The notes: generated by a model not told the origin, from the letters alone. 64,000 bases of DNA from Bacteroides fragilis (GCA_963630065.1 CAVGLH010000001.1:2282-66281); one strand, 5' to 3'; counted from the first letter of the stretch, positions 8,184-19,448 are shown. Numbers and translations are program-made.

Positions 8184-10442
8184 TTATTTTTTTGCCGCAA
8201 AATTCAAGGCGCTTCCTGCCTTAAACCATGCTATTTGCGTATCATTGTAGGTGTGCTCCACCTCGAAGCTGTCCTCAGAGCCGTCCTTGTGCTTCAAGGT
8301 GACGGTGAGATGGCTACCAGGGGTGAAGTCTTTCAGACCGGAGAGAGAGATGCGATCGTCTTCCTGCACCTTATTATAATCGTCCTTGTTGCAGAACGTG
8401 AGGGCGAGCATGCCCTGCTTCTTCAGATTGGTCTCGTGGATGCGGGCGAAGCTCTTGGAGAGTATCACCTTCACACCCAAGAATCGAGGCTCCATGGCCG
8501 CATGCTCGCGAGAAGAGCCCTCGCCGTAGTTGTCCTCGGCCACCACGATGCTGCTGATGCCCTTGGCCTTATAGTCTTTGGCGGCGGTGGATACCTCCAC
8601 ATACTCGCCCGTGAGCTGGTCTTTCACCTTGTTGCTCTCGCCGTTGAAGGCATTCACGGCACCCATCAGTAGGTTGTCGGAGATGTTCTGCAGGTGTCCG
8701 CGGAACTTCAGCCAGGGGCCGGCCATCGAGATGTGGTCGGTGGTACACTTGCCCTCGGTCTTGATGAGCAATGGCATGTCTGCGAGGTCGTTGCCGTCCC
8801 AGGGAGCGAACGGGGCCAGCTTCTGCAGGCGGTTGCTGTCGGGGGCGATAACCACCTCTACGCCAGCCAAATCCTCGCTTGGCGCGATAAATCCCTTGTC
8901 TTCTACGGCAAATCCCTTGGGCGGGAAGGTGTAGCCTGTAGGCGCATCGAGCTTCACGCTGTTGCCGTCCTTATCCAGCAAGGTGTCGGTGGCGGGGTTG
9001 AAGTCGAGGCGGCCGGCGATGGTGAGGGCTACGGTAAGCTCGGGGCTGCCGATGAAGGCGTATGTGTTGGGGTTGCCGTCGGCGCGGCGGCGGAAGTTTC
9101 TATTAAATGATGTGACGATGGCATTCTTGCGCGTGTTGTCGTCGGTGTGTCGCTTCCACTGTCCGATGCAAGGGCCGCAGGCGTTGGTCATAATCAGGGC
9201 ACCTATCTTCTTGAAGTCGTCGAGGATGCCGTCGCGCTCGGCCGTGTAGCGTATCTGCTCCGAACCGGGGTTGATGATGAGCTGTCCCTTCACCTTGATA
9301 CCCTTCTCGTAAGCCTGTCGGGCCACGCTGGCGGCACGGGCCAGGTCTTGGTAAGAGGAGTTGGTGCAACTGCCTACCAGTCCTACTTCTACCACCATCG
9401 GATAGTCGTTGGCAGGGCCTTTGGCCTTCATCTGCGAGATAGGCGTGGCGGCATCGGGAGTGAAGGGGCCGTTCAGGTGAGGCTCCACCTTGGAGAGGTC
9501 GATCTCCACAATCTGGTCGTAGAAGGCCGACGGATTGGCCATCACCTCGTCGTCGGCACGCAGTTCGGCAGCGTTCTGCTGGGCCAGCGAGGCTATCTCC
9601 TCGCGGCCCGTCTTGCGCAGGTATTCGCCGGCATTGCCGTCGAAGGGGAAGATGGAGCAGGTGGCTCCCAGCTCGGCACCCATATTGCAGATGGTCGCCT
9701 TACCAGTGGTAGAAATACTGTCTAGACCCACGCCGAAATATTCCAGAATGGCATTGGTACCACCTTTCACGGTAAGGCGGCCAAGAATTTCGAGTATCAC
9801 GTCTTTGGGGGTAGCCCATCCGGAGAGCTTGCCCGTGAGGTGCACGCCGATAAGGCGGGGCATCTTCAGCTCCCAAGGCTGGCCTGTGAGCACGTCGACT
9901 GCATCGGCACCGCCCACGCCCACAGCTACCATGCCGAGACCTCCGGCATTGGGCGTATGCGAGTCGGTACCCACCATCATGCCGCCCGGGAAGGCATAGT
10001 TCTCAAGCACCACCTGGTGGATGATGCCGGCTCCGGGTCCCCAGAAGCCGATGTGGTATTTCTGCGAGACAGACTTCAGGAAGTCGTACACCTCCTTGTT
10101 GGTCTTGCAGGCTTCGGGCAGGTCCTGTGTGGCCCCCACGTCGGCACGAATCAGGTGATCGCAATGTACTGACGCCGGCACGGCCACCTTGTCCTTGCCT
10201 GCGTTCATGAACTGCAAGAGAGCCATCTGTGCCGTAGCATCCTGCATGGCCACGCGGTTGGGTCGGAAGTCTACATACTCCACACCTCTTTTATATGGGC
10301 GCAACTCGGCAGGATTGAAAAGATGCGCAAAGAGCACCTTCTCAGCATAAGTGAGAGGTCGTTTCACTGTGGCCTTGGCCTGTTTCACACTTTCCGAATA
10401 CGAAGCATAAAAGCTTCTCAGCATTTCAATGTCCAGTATCAT
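8184..10442 (-). CDS. acnA: Aconitate hydratase (mitochondrial-type AcnA)
   Basis: [59 protein letters not shown] at 10442 (GTG at 10451 is an alternative). Confidence 0.95.
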   Translation of the reverse strand: MILDIEMLRSFYASYSESVKQAKATVKRPLTYAEKVLFAHLFNPAELRPYKRGVEYVDFRPNRVAMQDATAQMALLQFMNAGKDKVAVPASVHCDHLIRADVGATQDLPEACKTNKEVYDFLKSVSQKYHIGFWGPGAGIIHQVVLENYAFPGGMMVGTDSHTPNAGGLGMVAVGVGGADAVDVLTGQPWELKMPRLIGVHLTGKLSGWATPKDVILEILGRLTVKGGTNAILEYFGVGLDSISTTGKATICNMGAELGATCSIFPFDGNAGEYLRKTGREEIASLAQQNAAELRADDEVMANPSAFYDQIVEIDLSKVEPHLNGPFTPDAATPISQMKAKGPANDYPMVVEVGLVGSCTNSSYQDLARAASVARQAYEKGIKVKGQLIINPGSEQIRYTAERDGILDDFKKIGALIMTNACGPCIGQWKRHTDDNTRKNAIVTSFNRNFRRRADGNPNTYAFIGSPELTVALTIAGRLDFNPATDTLLDKDGNSVKLDAPTGYTFPPKGFAVEDKGFIAPSEDLAGVEVVIAPDSNRLQKLAPFAPWDGNDLADMPLLIKTEGKCTTDHISMAGPWLKFRGHLQNISDNLLMGAVNAFNGESNKVKDQLTGEYVEVSTAAKDYKAKGISSIVVAEDNYGEGSSREHAAMEPRFLGVKVILSKSFARIHETNLKKQGMLALTFCNKDDYNKVQEDDRISLSGLKDFTPGSHLTVTLKHKDGSEDSFEVEHTYNDTQIAWFKAGSALNFAAKK

Positions 10443-10723
10443 CTTGTTCACTAATTATATTATTTAACCATATCCCCCGCATAGGCACCTGTTTTTTAAT
10501 CAATATACCTCTGCGAGTTATTTTGTTTGCAAATATACTACTTTTTCTGCAAATCGTAGCACATTCCCCAAGAAAATTATCATTTTGCCATCAAATTTCT
10601 TGATTCATGATAATTTTGCTGCATATTTATGCGATATATGAGTTGTTTACGTACACAAATGTCCTATTTCTCCCATATAGGTTAAAAAATGAAAAAAGCC
10701 ACTATTTGAAGCCAACAAACATA

Positions 10724-11584
10724 TCAATACACAAATATAGTTTTCCCTTCAAGTTTTTCGCAGAAAGCCTCGCCCAGCACGAAACCTTCCTCGTAGAGCC
10801 TCTCCAGCTTCACAGTATCCTTCTCCATGCGCCCCACTTCCAATGGGCGCTCGGGGCGGATGCAGGTTATCTTGCCCGCAGCCTCCAGGTCGTCCACAAG
10901 CTGAATCTGCTCGTTGTAAGCCCGGTGGCGGCGGCTGAGAGCCACCCTGAGACGCGGATAGTGCTTATATAAATAAGGTATGCGGCGATCCTTGCCCGTA
11001 TCGCGCCATCCCTTGTTGCGAGTCAAAACCACTACATTGTGGGCAAACCCCTTGTCGAAGGCGCGTTGCACTGGGATGCTGTCCACGATGCCGCCGTCGA
11101 GCATCGGGATGCCGTCCACATTCACAATCTTGCTCACATAAGGCAGACTGCTGGAGGCACGCACCACGTCGAGGGAACGCTGGCGGTCGGCAGTCTCCGT
11201 AAGATACATAGGCAAGCCCGTGAGGCAGTTGGTGGTCACCATCTCGAAGCGGTCAGCATACTTGAAGAAAGTGTCGAAATCGAACGGCAACAGTTGGTTG
11301 GGAAACTTGTCGTACAAGAGCTCCCGGTCGAAGATGCAGCCTTGCGTCACCAGATGCCGGAGGCCGATATACTGATAGCGGGCCAGATAGTCGATGTTGG
11401 AAATACGCGCCCTGCGAGGCTGTCGGCTCATATATGACATACCATTGCAAGCGCCAGCCGACACCGCCACCACATAAGGGAAAAACACCTCGTGCTTCAT
11501 GAAAGCATCGAGCACTCCGCTGGTGAACACGCCACGCATTCCGCCCCCCTCAAGCACCAATCCTGTATTCCTGTCCAATTTCAT
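10724..11584 (-). CDS. Patatin-like phospholipase family protein
   Basis: LEGGGMRG oxyanion motif, AVSAG nucleophile, ASSSLP, DGG; start at MKLDR (11584). Confidence 0.88.
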   Translation of the reverse strand: MKLDRNTGLVLEGGGMRGVFTSGVLDAFMKHEVFFPYVVAVSAGACNGMSYMSRQPRRARISNIDYLARYQYIGLRHLVTQGCIFDRELLYDKFPNQLLPFDFDTFFKYADRFEMVTTNCLTGLPMYLTETADRQRSLDVVRASSSLPYVSKIVNVDGIPMLDGGIVDSIPVQRAFDKGFAHNVVVLTRNKGWRDTGKDRRIPYLYKHYPRLRVALSRRHRAYNEQIQLVDDLEAAGKITCIRPERPLEVGRMEKDTVKLERLYEEGFVLGEAFCEKLEGKTIFVY

Positions 11585-11717
11585 ACCGTCTAAATATTCA
11601 ATATTACAAATATCATTTTGCTCATATATAAAGCAAAACTCTGACACATTTCAGCCGAAAAACAGCATTTTTGTATTAATTATATATAAATTCGAGACAA
11701 AACCCCAATTTTAATTG

Positions 11718-11756
11718 CAAAGTTAATACATTTTTGGGAAATAATTGCTAACTTTG
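11718..11756. promoter_or_regulatory. Back-to-back Bacteroidota -7 promoter elements for patatin and aminopeptidase P
   Basis: TAACTTTG on - at 11718-11725 and on + at 11749-11756. Confidence 0.6.
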
Positions 11757-11784
11757 CAGCAAAATAAAGTAAAATTCTAAAAAT

Positions 11785-13191
11785 ATGTTTAGCAAAGAAA
11801 CTTACATCAGTCGCCGCCAGGAGCTGAAGAAGCTCGTAAAGAGCGGTGTGATAATTCTTTTCGGCAACAACAACTCGCCCTGCAATTATCCCAGCAACGG
11901 ATACTACCCCTTCCGCCAAGACTCATCCTTCCTCTACTATTTCGGACAGCAGAGAGACGGACTTGTGGGCGTGATAGACATAGACAACGACATCGAGACG
12001 CTCGTGGGCGATGACATCGACCTCGTAGACATCATATGGTATGGCAGCGTAGACAGCGTGCACGACCTCGCCGAACAGGTGGGCGTCGGCAACTCGGCAC
12101 CTATGAAGACTCTGAAAACCATCTGCAACGATGCCATGGCCAAGAAGCGCAAGATACACTTCCTGCCCCCCTACCGCTACGACATCAAGCTGCAGGTGTT
12201 CGACCTGCTCGGCATCCACCCCAACCAGCAGAAGGAAGAGGCCAGCATGGACCTCATCAAGGCAGTGGTAAAGATGCGCTCTACCAAGACACCCGAGGAA
12301 ATCGAGGAGCTGGAGCGCGCCGCAGTAATCGGATACAAGATGCACACCACGGCCATGAAACTCGTAAAACCGGGAGTGACAGAGAAATATGTGGCCGGAC
12401 AGCTCACCGGCATCGCCGAATCATACGGGGCGATGGTAAGCTTCCCCACCATCTTCAGCCAGCACGGAGAAATCCAGCACGGCTACCCGTCCATGGCCCC
12501 GCTTGAGGCAGGCCGGCTCGCCCTCTGCGACGCAGGAGCCGAAACCATCAACAACTACTGCTCCGACAACACCCGCACCATGCCAGTGAGCGGCAAGTAC
12601 AGCCAGCGACAGCTCGAAATCTACTCTATCGTAGAGGCTTGCCACGACTATGCGCTCGGCGTAGCCAAGCCAGGCGTAAAATGGGCCGACGTACACTTCG
12701 GCGTCTGCCGTCTGCTCTTCGACCGCATGAAGGAACTGGGACTGGCCAAGGGCGACACCGAAGAGGCCGTGAAGGCCGGCGCACACGCCATGTTCCTGCC
12801 ACACGGACTGGGCCACATGATGGGTATGGACGTACACGACATGGAGAATCTCGACCAGATAAACGTAGGATTCGACGAGGAGACACGCCCCAACCTGGAG
12901 CAATTCGGCACCAACTGCCTGCGCATGGGCCGCCGCCTGCAGGAGGGCTTCGTGGTAACCGACGAACCAGGCATCTACTTCATCCCAGCCCTCATCGACG
13001 ACTGGAAGGCATCCGGCCACTGCGCCGAATTCCTCAACTTCGACAAGATCGAGACCTACAAAGACTTCGGAGGCATCCGCATCGAAGACGACGTGCTCAT
13101 CACCAAAGACGGGTGCCGATTCCTCGGCAAAGACCGCATCCCCTACCATCCAAAGGATGTGGAGGAATTTATGGCAGCCAACAGAGAGTAA
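11785..13191 (+). CDS. pepP: Xaa-Pro aminopeptidase (aminopeptidase P, M24B)
   Basis: FRQDSSFLY N-domain; metal ligands in CDAG, SDNTRT, HGLGH, DVHD, TDEPGIY, GGIRIEDD. Confidence 0.9.
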   Translation: MFSKETYISRRQELKKLVKSGVIILFGNNNSPCNYPSNGYYPFRQDSSFLYYFGQQRDGLVGVIDIDNDIETLVGDDIDLVDIIWYGSVDSVHDLAEQVGVGNSAPMKTLKTICNDAMAKKRKIHFLPPYRYDIKLQVFDLLGIHPNQQKEEASMDLIKAVVKMRSTKTPEEIEELERAAVIGYKMHTTAMKLVKPGVTEKYVAGQLTGIAESYGAMVSFPTIFSQHGEIQHGYPSMAPLEAGRLALCDAGAETINNYCSDNTRTMPVSGKYSQRQLEIYSIVEACHDYALGVAKPGVKWADVHFGVCRLLFDRMKELGLAKGDTEEAVKAGAHAMFLPHGLGHMMGMDVHDMENLDQINVGFDEETRPNLEQFGTNCLRMGRRLQEGFVVTDEPGIYFIPALIDDWKASGHCAEFLNFDKIETYKDFGGIRIEDDVLITKDGCRFLGKDRIPYHPKDVEEFMAANRE

Positions 13192-13225
13192 TATTCAACA
13201 TTATATTATAAAGAGAAAAGATTTC

Positions 13226-14437
13226 ATGAAGAAAGCAATGATTTTCGCCGCCATGATCGCCATGGCCGCAACAGGCGCAAACGCAAAGACAGCAGCCGAC
13301 TCTGCTGCCATCGCCAAGAACAAGCCCGTATTCACGGTAGTGAAAGAGAACCCCATCACCAGCATCAAGGACCAAAACCGCAGCGGCACGTGCTGGGCTT
13401 ACTCCACACTGAGCTACTTCGAGAGCGAAATCCTGAAGAAGACGGGCAAGACCTACGACCTCAGCGAGATGTTCGTGGCCAACAAGACCTACATGGACCG
13501 CGCCACCATGGCAGTGAGAATGCACGGCGACGTGAGCTTCTCGCAGGGCGGCAGCGCCTACGACGTGCTCTACGCCTTGCAGAACTACGGCATCGTGCCT
13601 GAAGACGCTATGCCCGCACCCGGCACACTGACCGGCGACTCATTGGCTAACTTCGGCGAATTCTTCAACGTGATGACCCCCTACGTGGAGGCCGTGGCAA
13701 AGAGCGATGCCAAGAAGATTTCCACCGCATGGAAGAGCGGCCTACAGGGCATCATCGACTCTTACATCGGCAAGACACCCGAAAAATTCACCTACCAGGG
13801 CAAGCAGTACACTCCACAGAGCTTCTGCCAGAGCCTCGGCCTGAACCTCGACGACTACGTTACCATCACCAGCTACACCCACCACCCCATGTGGAGCCAG
13901 TTTGCCGTAGAGGTACAGGACAACTGGCGCTGGCCTCTGAGCTACAACGTGCCAATGGACGACCTCTGCAAGATCATCGACAACGCCGTAAACAATGGCT
14001 ACACAGTGGCCTGGGGCGGCGACGTTACGGAAGACGGCTTCACCCGCAAGGGTCTCGGCATCGCATACGATGTAAAGAAGGTGCGCTCTATGTCGGGCAC
14101 CGATGCAGACCGCTGGTTCAAGCTCTCCAAAGACGAGAAGAAGGAGAAGTTTGACTCTCTCGGCGTAAACGCTCCCGAGGTAGTGCCCACACAGCAGATG
14201 CGCCAGGAGGCTTTCGACAACTGGGAGACTACCGACGACCACGGCATGCACATCTACGGTATCGCCAAAGACCAGAACGGCAAGGAATACTACATGGTAA
14301 AGAACTCATGGGGCGAGTATGGCGACTACAAGGGCACCTGGTACATGACCAAGGCCTTCGTAGCATACAAGACCATGGACTTCATGGTAAACAAGAACGC
14401 CATCCCCAAGGATATCCGCAAGAAGCTTGGAATCTAA
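13226..14437 (+). CDS. Secreted C1-family cysteine aminopeptidase (PepC/bleomycin hydrolase-like)
   Basis: Signal peptide MKKAMIFAAMIAMAATGANA; QNRSGTCW, DDHGM, KNSWG catalytic motifs. Confidence 0.9.
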   Translation: MKKAMIFAAMIAMAATGANAKTAADSAAIAKNKPVFTVVKENPITSIKDQNRSGTCWAYSTLSYFESEILKKTGKTYDLSEMFVANKTYMDRATMAVRMHGDVSFSQGGSAYDVLYALQNYGIVPEDAMPAPGTLTGDSLANFGEFFNVMTPYVEAVAKSDAKKISTAWKSGLQGIIDSYIGKTPEKFTYQGKQYTPQSFCQSLGLNLDDYVTITSYTHHPMWSQFAVEVQDNWRWPLSYNVPMDDLCKIIDNAVNNGYTVAWGGDVTEDGFTRKGLGIAYDVKKVRSMSGTDADRWFKLSKDEKKEKFDSLGVNAPEVVPTQQMRQEAFDNWETTDDHGMHIYGIAKDQNGKEYYMVKNSWGEYGDYKGTWYMTKAFVAYKTMDFMVNKNAIPKDIRKKLGI

Positions 14438-14456
14438 GGATACAGACAAGATAATC

Positions 14457-14492
14457 AAAAAAAGCAGCACCCCCCGGGTTTGCTGCTTTTTT
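14457..14492 (+). terminator. Intrinsic terminator after the peptidase pair
   Basis: AAAGCAGCA...TGCTGCTTTTTT. Confidence 0.75.
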
Positions 14493-14622
14493 GTTTGCCT
14501 TTTCAAGCATTTCAAAGGCCAAAGTCCCATTCTCTCTACATTTTTCGCTTTTTTATTGGAAAACATTTCGTATTGTGATAATATTTTCGTAACTTTGGGG
14601 GCAGAAATAAAAAATAATTAAA

Positions 14623-16350
14623 ATGCATTTTAAATGGAATTACGAACCCCCAACACCTGAACAGCAAAAAGCAGCGATAGAGCTAGGTGCCAAACTGAAC
14701 ATCAGCCCCATCCTCGCCCAACTGCTCATTAAGCGAGAGATTACCACGGAGTCGGCGGCCAAACGGTTTTTCCGACCACAGCTCTCTGACCTCATCAATC
14801 CATTCTTGATGAAGGATATGGACATTGCCGTGGACCGTCTCAACGATGCCATGGGCAGGAAGGAGCGCATCCTAGTCTACGGCGACTACGATGTGGACGG
14901 ATGTACCGCTGTGGCTTTGGTTTACAGGTTTTTGCAGCAATTCTACTCCAATATCGACTACTACATCCCAGACCGCTACGATGAGGGCTATGGAGTGAGC
15001 AAGAAAGGAATAGACTTTGCCCATGAAAGCGGTGTGAAGCTCATCATCATCCTCGACTGCGGCATCAAGGCAGTCAAGGAGATAGAATATGCAAAGAGCA
15101 TTGGCATCGACTTCATCATCTGCGACCATCACGTGCCCGATGACGTGATGCCACCCGCCGTGGCCATTCTCAACCCCAAGCGCCCCGACGACCCGTTCCC
15201 CTTCAAGCACCTCTGCGGATGCGGAGTAGGCTTCAAGTTCATGCAGGCCTTCGCCAAGAACAACGGTATACCCTTCTCACGTCTGATTCCCCTACTCGAC
15301 TTCTGCGCCGTAAGCATCGCTGCCGACATCGTGCCTGTCGTAGACGAGAACCGAATCCTCGCCTTCCATGGCTTGAAGCTGCTGAACACCAACCCCAGCA
15401 TCGGACTTAAGTCAATCATCGACATCTGCGGTCTCAACGGCCGGGAGATATCCATGAGCGACATCGTGTTCAAGATTGGTCCGAGAATCAATGCCTCGGG
15501 AAGAATGGAAAACGGCAAGCTGAGCGTAGACCTGTTGGTGGAGCGTGACTTTGGCATCGCCCTGCGCATGGCCAAGCACATCAATGAGTACAACGAGCAG
15601 CGCAAGGACATCGACAAACAGATGACCGAGGAAGCCAACCTCATCGTGTCGAGACTGGAGAGCATGAAGCACAACTCCAGCATCGTGCTCTATGACGAGG
15701 GATGGAAGAAGGGAGTGATTGGCATCGTGGCCTCACGACTCACGGAGATTTACTTCCGCCCCACCGTGGTGCTCACGCGCGACGGCGACATGGCAACAGG
15801 GTCGGCTAGAAGCGTGGCCGGATTCGACATCTACTCGGCCGTGAAGAGTTGCCGCGACCTGCTCTACAACTTCGGAGGCCACACCTACGCCTGCGGACTC
15901 ACCATGAAATGGGAAGACGTGAAAGAGTTCAGAGACCGCTTTCAGAAGTATGTGGAAGACCACATCGCCCCCGAGCAAACGGAGGCCTTGATCAACATCG
16001 ATGCCGCCATCGACTTCAAGGACATCACCAAGCATCTGCTGGCCGACCTGAAGCGTTTTTCTCCTTTCGGTCCCAAGAACCAGAAGCCTGTATTCTGCAC
16101 GCGCCAAGTGTACGACTACGGAACGAGCAAGGTGGTGGGCAGGGAACAAGAGCACATCAAACTGGAGCTGGTGGACTCCAAGTCGAGCAACGTGCTCAAC
16201 GGAATAGCCTTCGGGCAGAGCGCGGCCGCCCGCTACATCAAGAGCAAACGCAGTTTCGACATCGTTTACACCATCGAGGAGAATGTGTTCAAGAAAACAC
16301 AGGTACAACTACAGATCGAGGACATCAGGCCGAATGAAGACATCAGTTGA
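14623..16350 (+). CDS. recJ: ssDNA-specific exonuclease RecJ
   Basis: YGDYDVDG, PDRYDEGYG, LDCG, DHH, GPRINASGR, GSARS, FGGH. Confidence 0.95.
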   Translation: MHFKWNYEPPTPEQQKAAIELGAKLNISPILAQLLIKREITTESAAKRFFRPQLSDLINPFLMKDMDIAVDRLNDAMGRKERILVYGDYDVDGCTAVALVYRFLQQFYSNIDYYIPDRYDEGYGVSKKGIDFAHESGVKLIIILDCGIKAVKEIEYAKSIGIDFIICDHHVPDDVMPPAVAILNPKRPDDPFPFKHLCGCGVGFKFMQAFAKNNGIPFSRLIPLLDFCAVSIAADIVPVVDENRILAFHGLKLLNTNPSIGLKSIIDICGLNGREISMSDIVFKIGPRINASGRMENGKLSVDLLVERDFGIALRMAKHINEYNEQRKDIDKQMTEEANLIVSRLESMKHNSSIVLYDEGWKKGVIGIVASRLTEIYFRPTVVLTRDGDMATGSARSVAGFDIYSAVKSCRDLLYNFGGHTYACGLTMKWEDVKEFRDRFQKYVEDHIAPEQTEALINIDAAIDFKDITKHLLADLKRFSPFGPKNQKPVFCTRQVYDYGTSKVVGREQEHIKLELVDSKSSNVLNGIAFGQSAAARYIKSKRSFDIVYTIEENVFKKTQVQLQIEDIRPNEDIS

Positions 16351-16400
16351 CGGTCTGGTATAAGTAGCTAGATAATGGAAGTTGGAAAATTTGATTTTTT

Positions 16401-18287
16401 ATGGCTGACAAATTTCAAAAGATACTGCACACATACTGGGGGTATCCTGACTTTCGGGGTATACAGAGAGAAATCATCGAGAGCATTGCCAGCGGAAAAG
16501 ACACTCTCGGCCTCATGCCCACGGGCGGCGGAAAGTCTATCACTTTCCAAGTGCCGGCCTTGGCGCAAAAGGGAGTGTGCATCGTGGTGACTCCGCTCAT
16601 CGCCCTGATGAAAGACCAGGTGCAGCACCTCAAGAGGCGCGGCATCCTGGCCGAAGCCATCTACACCGGACTCAGCAGGAGCGAAATCATCAAGATACTG
16701 GAAAACTGCATTTTCGGCGAAATCAAGTTCCTCTACGTGTCGCCCGAACGCCTCTCCTCCGAGATTTTCCAAACCAAGCTCCGCCACATCCCCGTGAGCT
16801 TCATCACCGTGGACGAGGCCCACTGCATCAGCCAATGGGGCTACGACTTCCGTCCCTCCTACCTCGAAATCTCCAAGATAAGGGAGATGAAACCCGAGGC
16901 TCCCGTTCTGGCCCTCACTGCCACAGCCACCCCCAGCGTGGTGGACGACATCCAAGAAAAGCTTCACTTTGCACAGCCCAACGTGTTCAAGATGAGCTTC
17001 GCACGCAAAAACCTCGCCTACGTGGTGAGACCCGCCATTGACAAGGAGCGCGAGATGGTTCACATTCTGCAATGCACACAGGGTGCAGCCATCGTATACG
17101 TAAGGAGCCGCAGGCGATGCAAGGAGATGGCCGAGCTACTGAACCAGCAGGGAATCTCCGCCACCTTCTACCACGCCGGACTGGAACCCGACACCAAGGA
17201 CCAGCGACAGAAAGCCTGGCAGGCAGACGAGATAAGGGTGATGGTGGCCACAAATGCCTTTGGAATGGGAATAGACAAACCCGACGTGAGAGTGGTGGTC
17301 CACACCGACTGCCCCGATTCGGTGGAAGCCTACTTCCAGGAGGCTGGCAGGGCAGGACGCGACGGAGAGAAAGCCTACGCCGTGCTGCTCTACAACGAAC
17401 AGGACGAGACCAAGCTGAAAATGCGGATAGCGGAAAATTTTCCCGAGAAAGACTTCATCAAGGACGTATACGAACACTTGGCCTATTTCTTCCAAGTGGG
17501 CGTGGGGAGCGGAATGGGAAAAACATTCCTCTTCGATCTTGCCAAGTTTTGCTATACCTACAAGTATTTCCCCACTCGCGTGGACTCAGCCCTGCGCCTT
17601 CTGGAACGTTCGGGCTACATCCATTACGAGGAGAATCCCGACAGCAAGCCGCGCATCAAGTTTTGTCTCAACCGCAACGACCTCTACCTGCTAGAGAACA
17701 TCAGTGAGAAGGCAGAGACCGTGGTAGACACCCTACTACGCTGCTACGGCGGCCTGTTCACCGACTACGTCTACGTAGACGAGTCGCTTTTGGAGCGTGT
17801 CAGCAAACTTTCGAGGCAGCAAATCTATATGGTGCTGAAGAATCTGAGCGCACGCCACATCATCGACTTCATCCCACGAAGCAAAGACCCCTACATATCC
17901 TACACGCGACAGCGCGAGGACGGCTTCCGCATCATCATCCCACCCAGTGTATGGGAGGAGCGAAAGGAGCAGTTCGCCAAGCGGATAGAGAGTGTGATCA
18001 ATTATGCGAAAAACGACAGAGTATGCCGTTCACGTCAACTGCTGCTATACTTTGGGGAAGAAACGCAATCCAGGGACGATTGCGGGATATGCGACGTGTG
18101 CGCCGACAACGCCTCCCTGCGAAGAGAAGCCATGAAAGCCATCCTCCAGCTTCTGGAAGACGGGGAGAAACATACGCTGGAAGAAGTGGGCCGACTGAAA
18201 TTCGAACACTCTGTCATCATGGAAGCCATGGAGGATTTGGCCAAGGAAAACTACATATCCTGCGACAAAGACTATATTAGTAGGTGA
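16401..18287 (+). CDS. recQ: RecQ-family ATP-dependent DNA helicase
   Basis: MPTGGGKS, DEAHCISQWGYDFRP, TATA, ATNAFGMGIDK, QEAGRAGRDG, CR...CGICDVC zinc site; no clear HRDC domain. Confidence 0.92.
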   Translation: MADKFQKILHTYWGYPDFRGIQREIIESIASGKDTLGLMPTGGGKSITFQVPALAQKGVCIVVTPLIALMKDQVQHLKRRGILAEAIYTGLSRSEIIKILENCIFGEIKFLYVSPERLSSEIFQTKLRHIPVSFITVDEAHCISQWGYDFRPSYLEISKIREMKPEAPVLALTATATPSVVDDIQEKLHFAQPNVFKMSFARKNLAYVVRPAIDKEREMVHILQCTQGAAIVYVRSRRRCKEMAELLNQQGISATFYHAGLEPDTKDQRQKAWQADEIRVMVATNAFGMGIDKPDVRVVVHTDCPDSVEAYFQEAGRAGRDGEKAYAVLLYNEQDETKLKMRIAENFPEKDFIKDVYEHLAYFFQVGVGSGMGKTFLFDLAKFCYTYKYFPTRVDSALRLLERSGYIHYEENPDSKPRIKFCLNRNDLYLLENISEKAETVVDTLLRCYGGLFTDYVYVDESLLERVSKLSRQQIYMVLKNLSARHIIDFIPRSKDPYISYTRQREDGFRIIIPPSVWEERKEQFAKRIESVINYAKNDRVCRSRQLLLYFGEETQSRDDCGICDVCADNASLRREAMKAILQLLEDGEKHTLEEVGRLKFEHSVIMEAMEDLAKENYISCDKDYISR

Positions 18288-18341
18288 CGTGTCTCACGTC
18301 ACACATTTCTCCAGCATCCCTAGTCACATAAAAAAATCCAC

Positions 18342-18378
18342 AAAAAAGGGGGAACAACCGTTCACACGGCTATTCCCC
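18342..18378 (-). terminator. Intrinsic terminator after ilvC
   Basis: Minus-strand GGGGAATAGCCGT-GTGA-ACGGTTGTTCCCC followed by a U tract. Confidence 0.7.
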
Positions 18379-18404
18379 AACCAACATTATGTACGAGAAA
18401 AAAA

Positions 18405-19448
18405 TTAGTTATTCTCAGGACGGAGCTTGCGTACTGTAACGCCAGCCTGCCACATTTCCTTGTTGCGCATAGCCTCAAGCTCTGCATTCAACTTCTCACG
18501 ATAGTCAGGCTGAGAGTTCTTGTCGATAGAAATCTGAGCCTCGTTGCCAGTCTTTACAGAGTAGTAGAGCCACTCCATCACAGGCTTGATAGCCTCGCGG
18601 AAACGTGGAGCCCAGTCGAGAGCACCGCGCTGTGCTGTGGTAGAGCAGTTGGCATACATCCAATCCATACCCTTCTCGCCGAAGAGAGGGCCAAGGCTCT
18701 GGGTGAGTTCCTCAACAGTCTCATTGAAAGCCTCAGATGGAGAGTGACCGTTCTCGCGGAGCACGTCGTACTGTGCCTCCAGCAAGCCCTCGATGGCACC
18801 CATCAAGGAACCACGCTCACCAGTGAGGTCGGAAGTAGCCTCGCGCTGGAATGTAGTCTTGAACAAGTAGCCTGCACCGATACCGATACCAAAGGCTATA
18901 GTCTTCTCCTCTGCCTTGCCAGAAGCATCCTGATAAACGGCATAAGAGCAGTTCAAGCCACGACCCTCGCAGAACATGGTGCGGAGAGAAGTACCCGAGC
19001 CCTTAGGAGCCACCATGATAACGTCAATATCCTTAGGAGGAACCACGCCTGTGCGGTCGCTCCAGTTGATGGCGAAGCCATGAGAGTAGTACAATGACTT
19101 GCCTGGTGTGAGATACTGCTTGATTTTTGGCCAAACGGCAATCTGGCCGGCATCAGAAAGCAACATGCAGATGATGGTACCCTTCTCAGCAGCCTCTTCG
19201 ATAGAGAACAAAGTCTTGCCTGGTACCCATCCATCCTTGAGACACTTCTCGTAGGTCTTGCCCTCACGCTGGCCGACGATAACGTTAAATCCGTTGTCGC
19301 GGAGGTTGCAAGCCTGACCTGGGCCCTGGATACCATATCCAATCACTGCGATGGTCTCGTTTTTCAATACTTCACGTGCTTTCTCCAATGAAAATTCATG
19401 ACTGGTGACAACAGTTTCCATTACGCCACCGAAATTCATTTCTGCCAT
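18405..19448 (-). CDS. ilvC: Ketol-acid reductoisomerase
   Basis: IGYGIQG, NLRDNG, SHGF, VAPKGSG, SDLTGER, NCSTTAQRG; start at MAEMNF (19448). Confidence 0.95.
   Translation of the reverse strand: MAEMNFGGVMETVVTSHEFSLEKAREVLKNETIAVIGYGIQGPGQACNLRDNGFNVIVGQREGKTYEKCLKDGWVPGKTLFSIEEAAEKGTIICMLLSDAGQIAVWPKIKQYLTPGKSLYYSHGFAINWSDRTGVVPPKDIDVIMVAPKGSGTSLRTMFCEGRGLNCSYAVYQDASGKAEEKTIAFGIGIGAGYLFKTTFQREATSDLTGERGSLMGAIEGLLEAQYDVLRENGHSPSEAFNETVEELTQSLGPLFGEKGMDWMYANCSTTAQRGALDWAPRFREAIKPVMEWLYYSVKTGNEAQISIDKNSQPDYREKLNAELEAMRNKEMWQAGVTVRKLRPENN

Noticed and set aside
10724..11584. CBASS or other defence-associated patatin effector
   Set aside because: No cyclase or other defence genes are adjacent; it looks like the common housekeeping patatin family.
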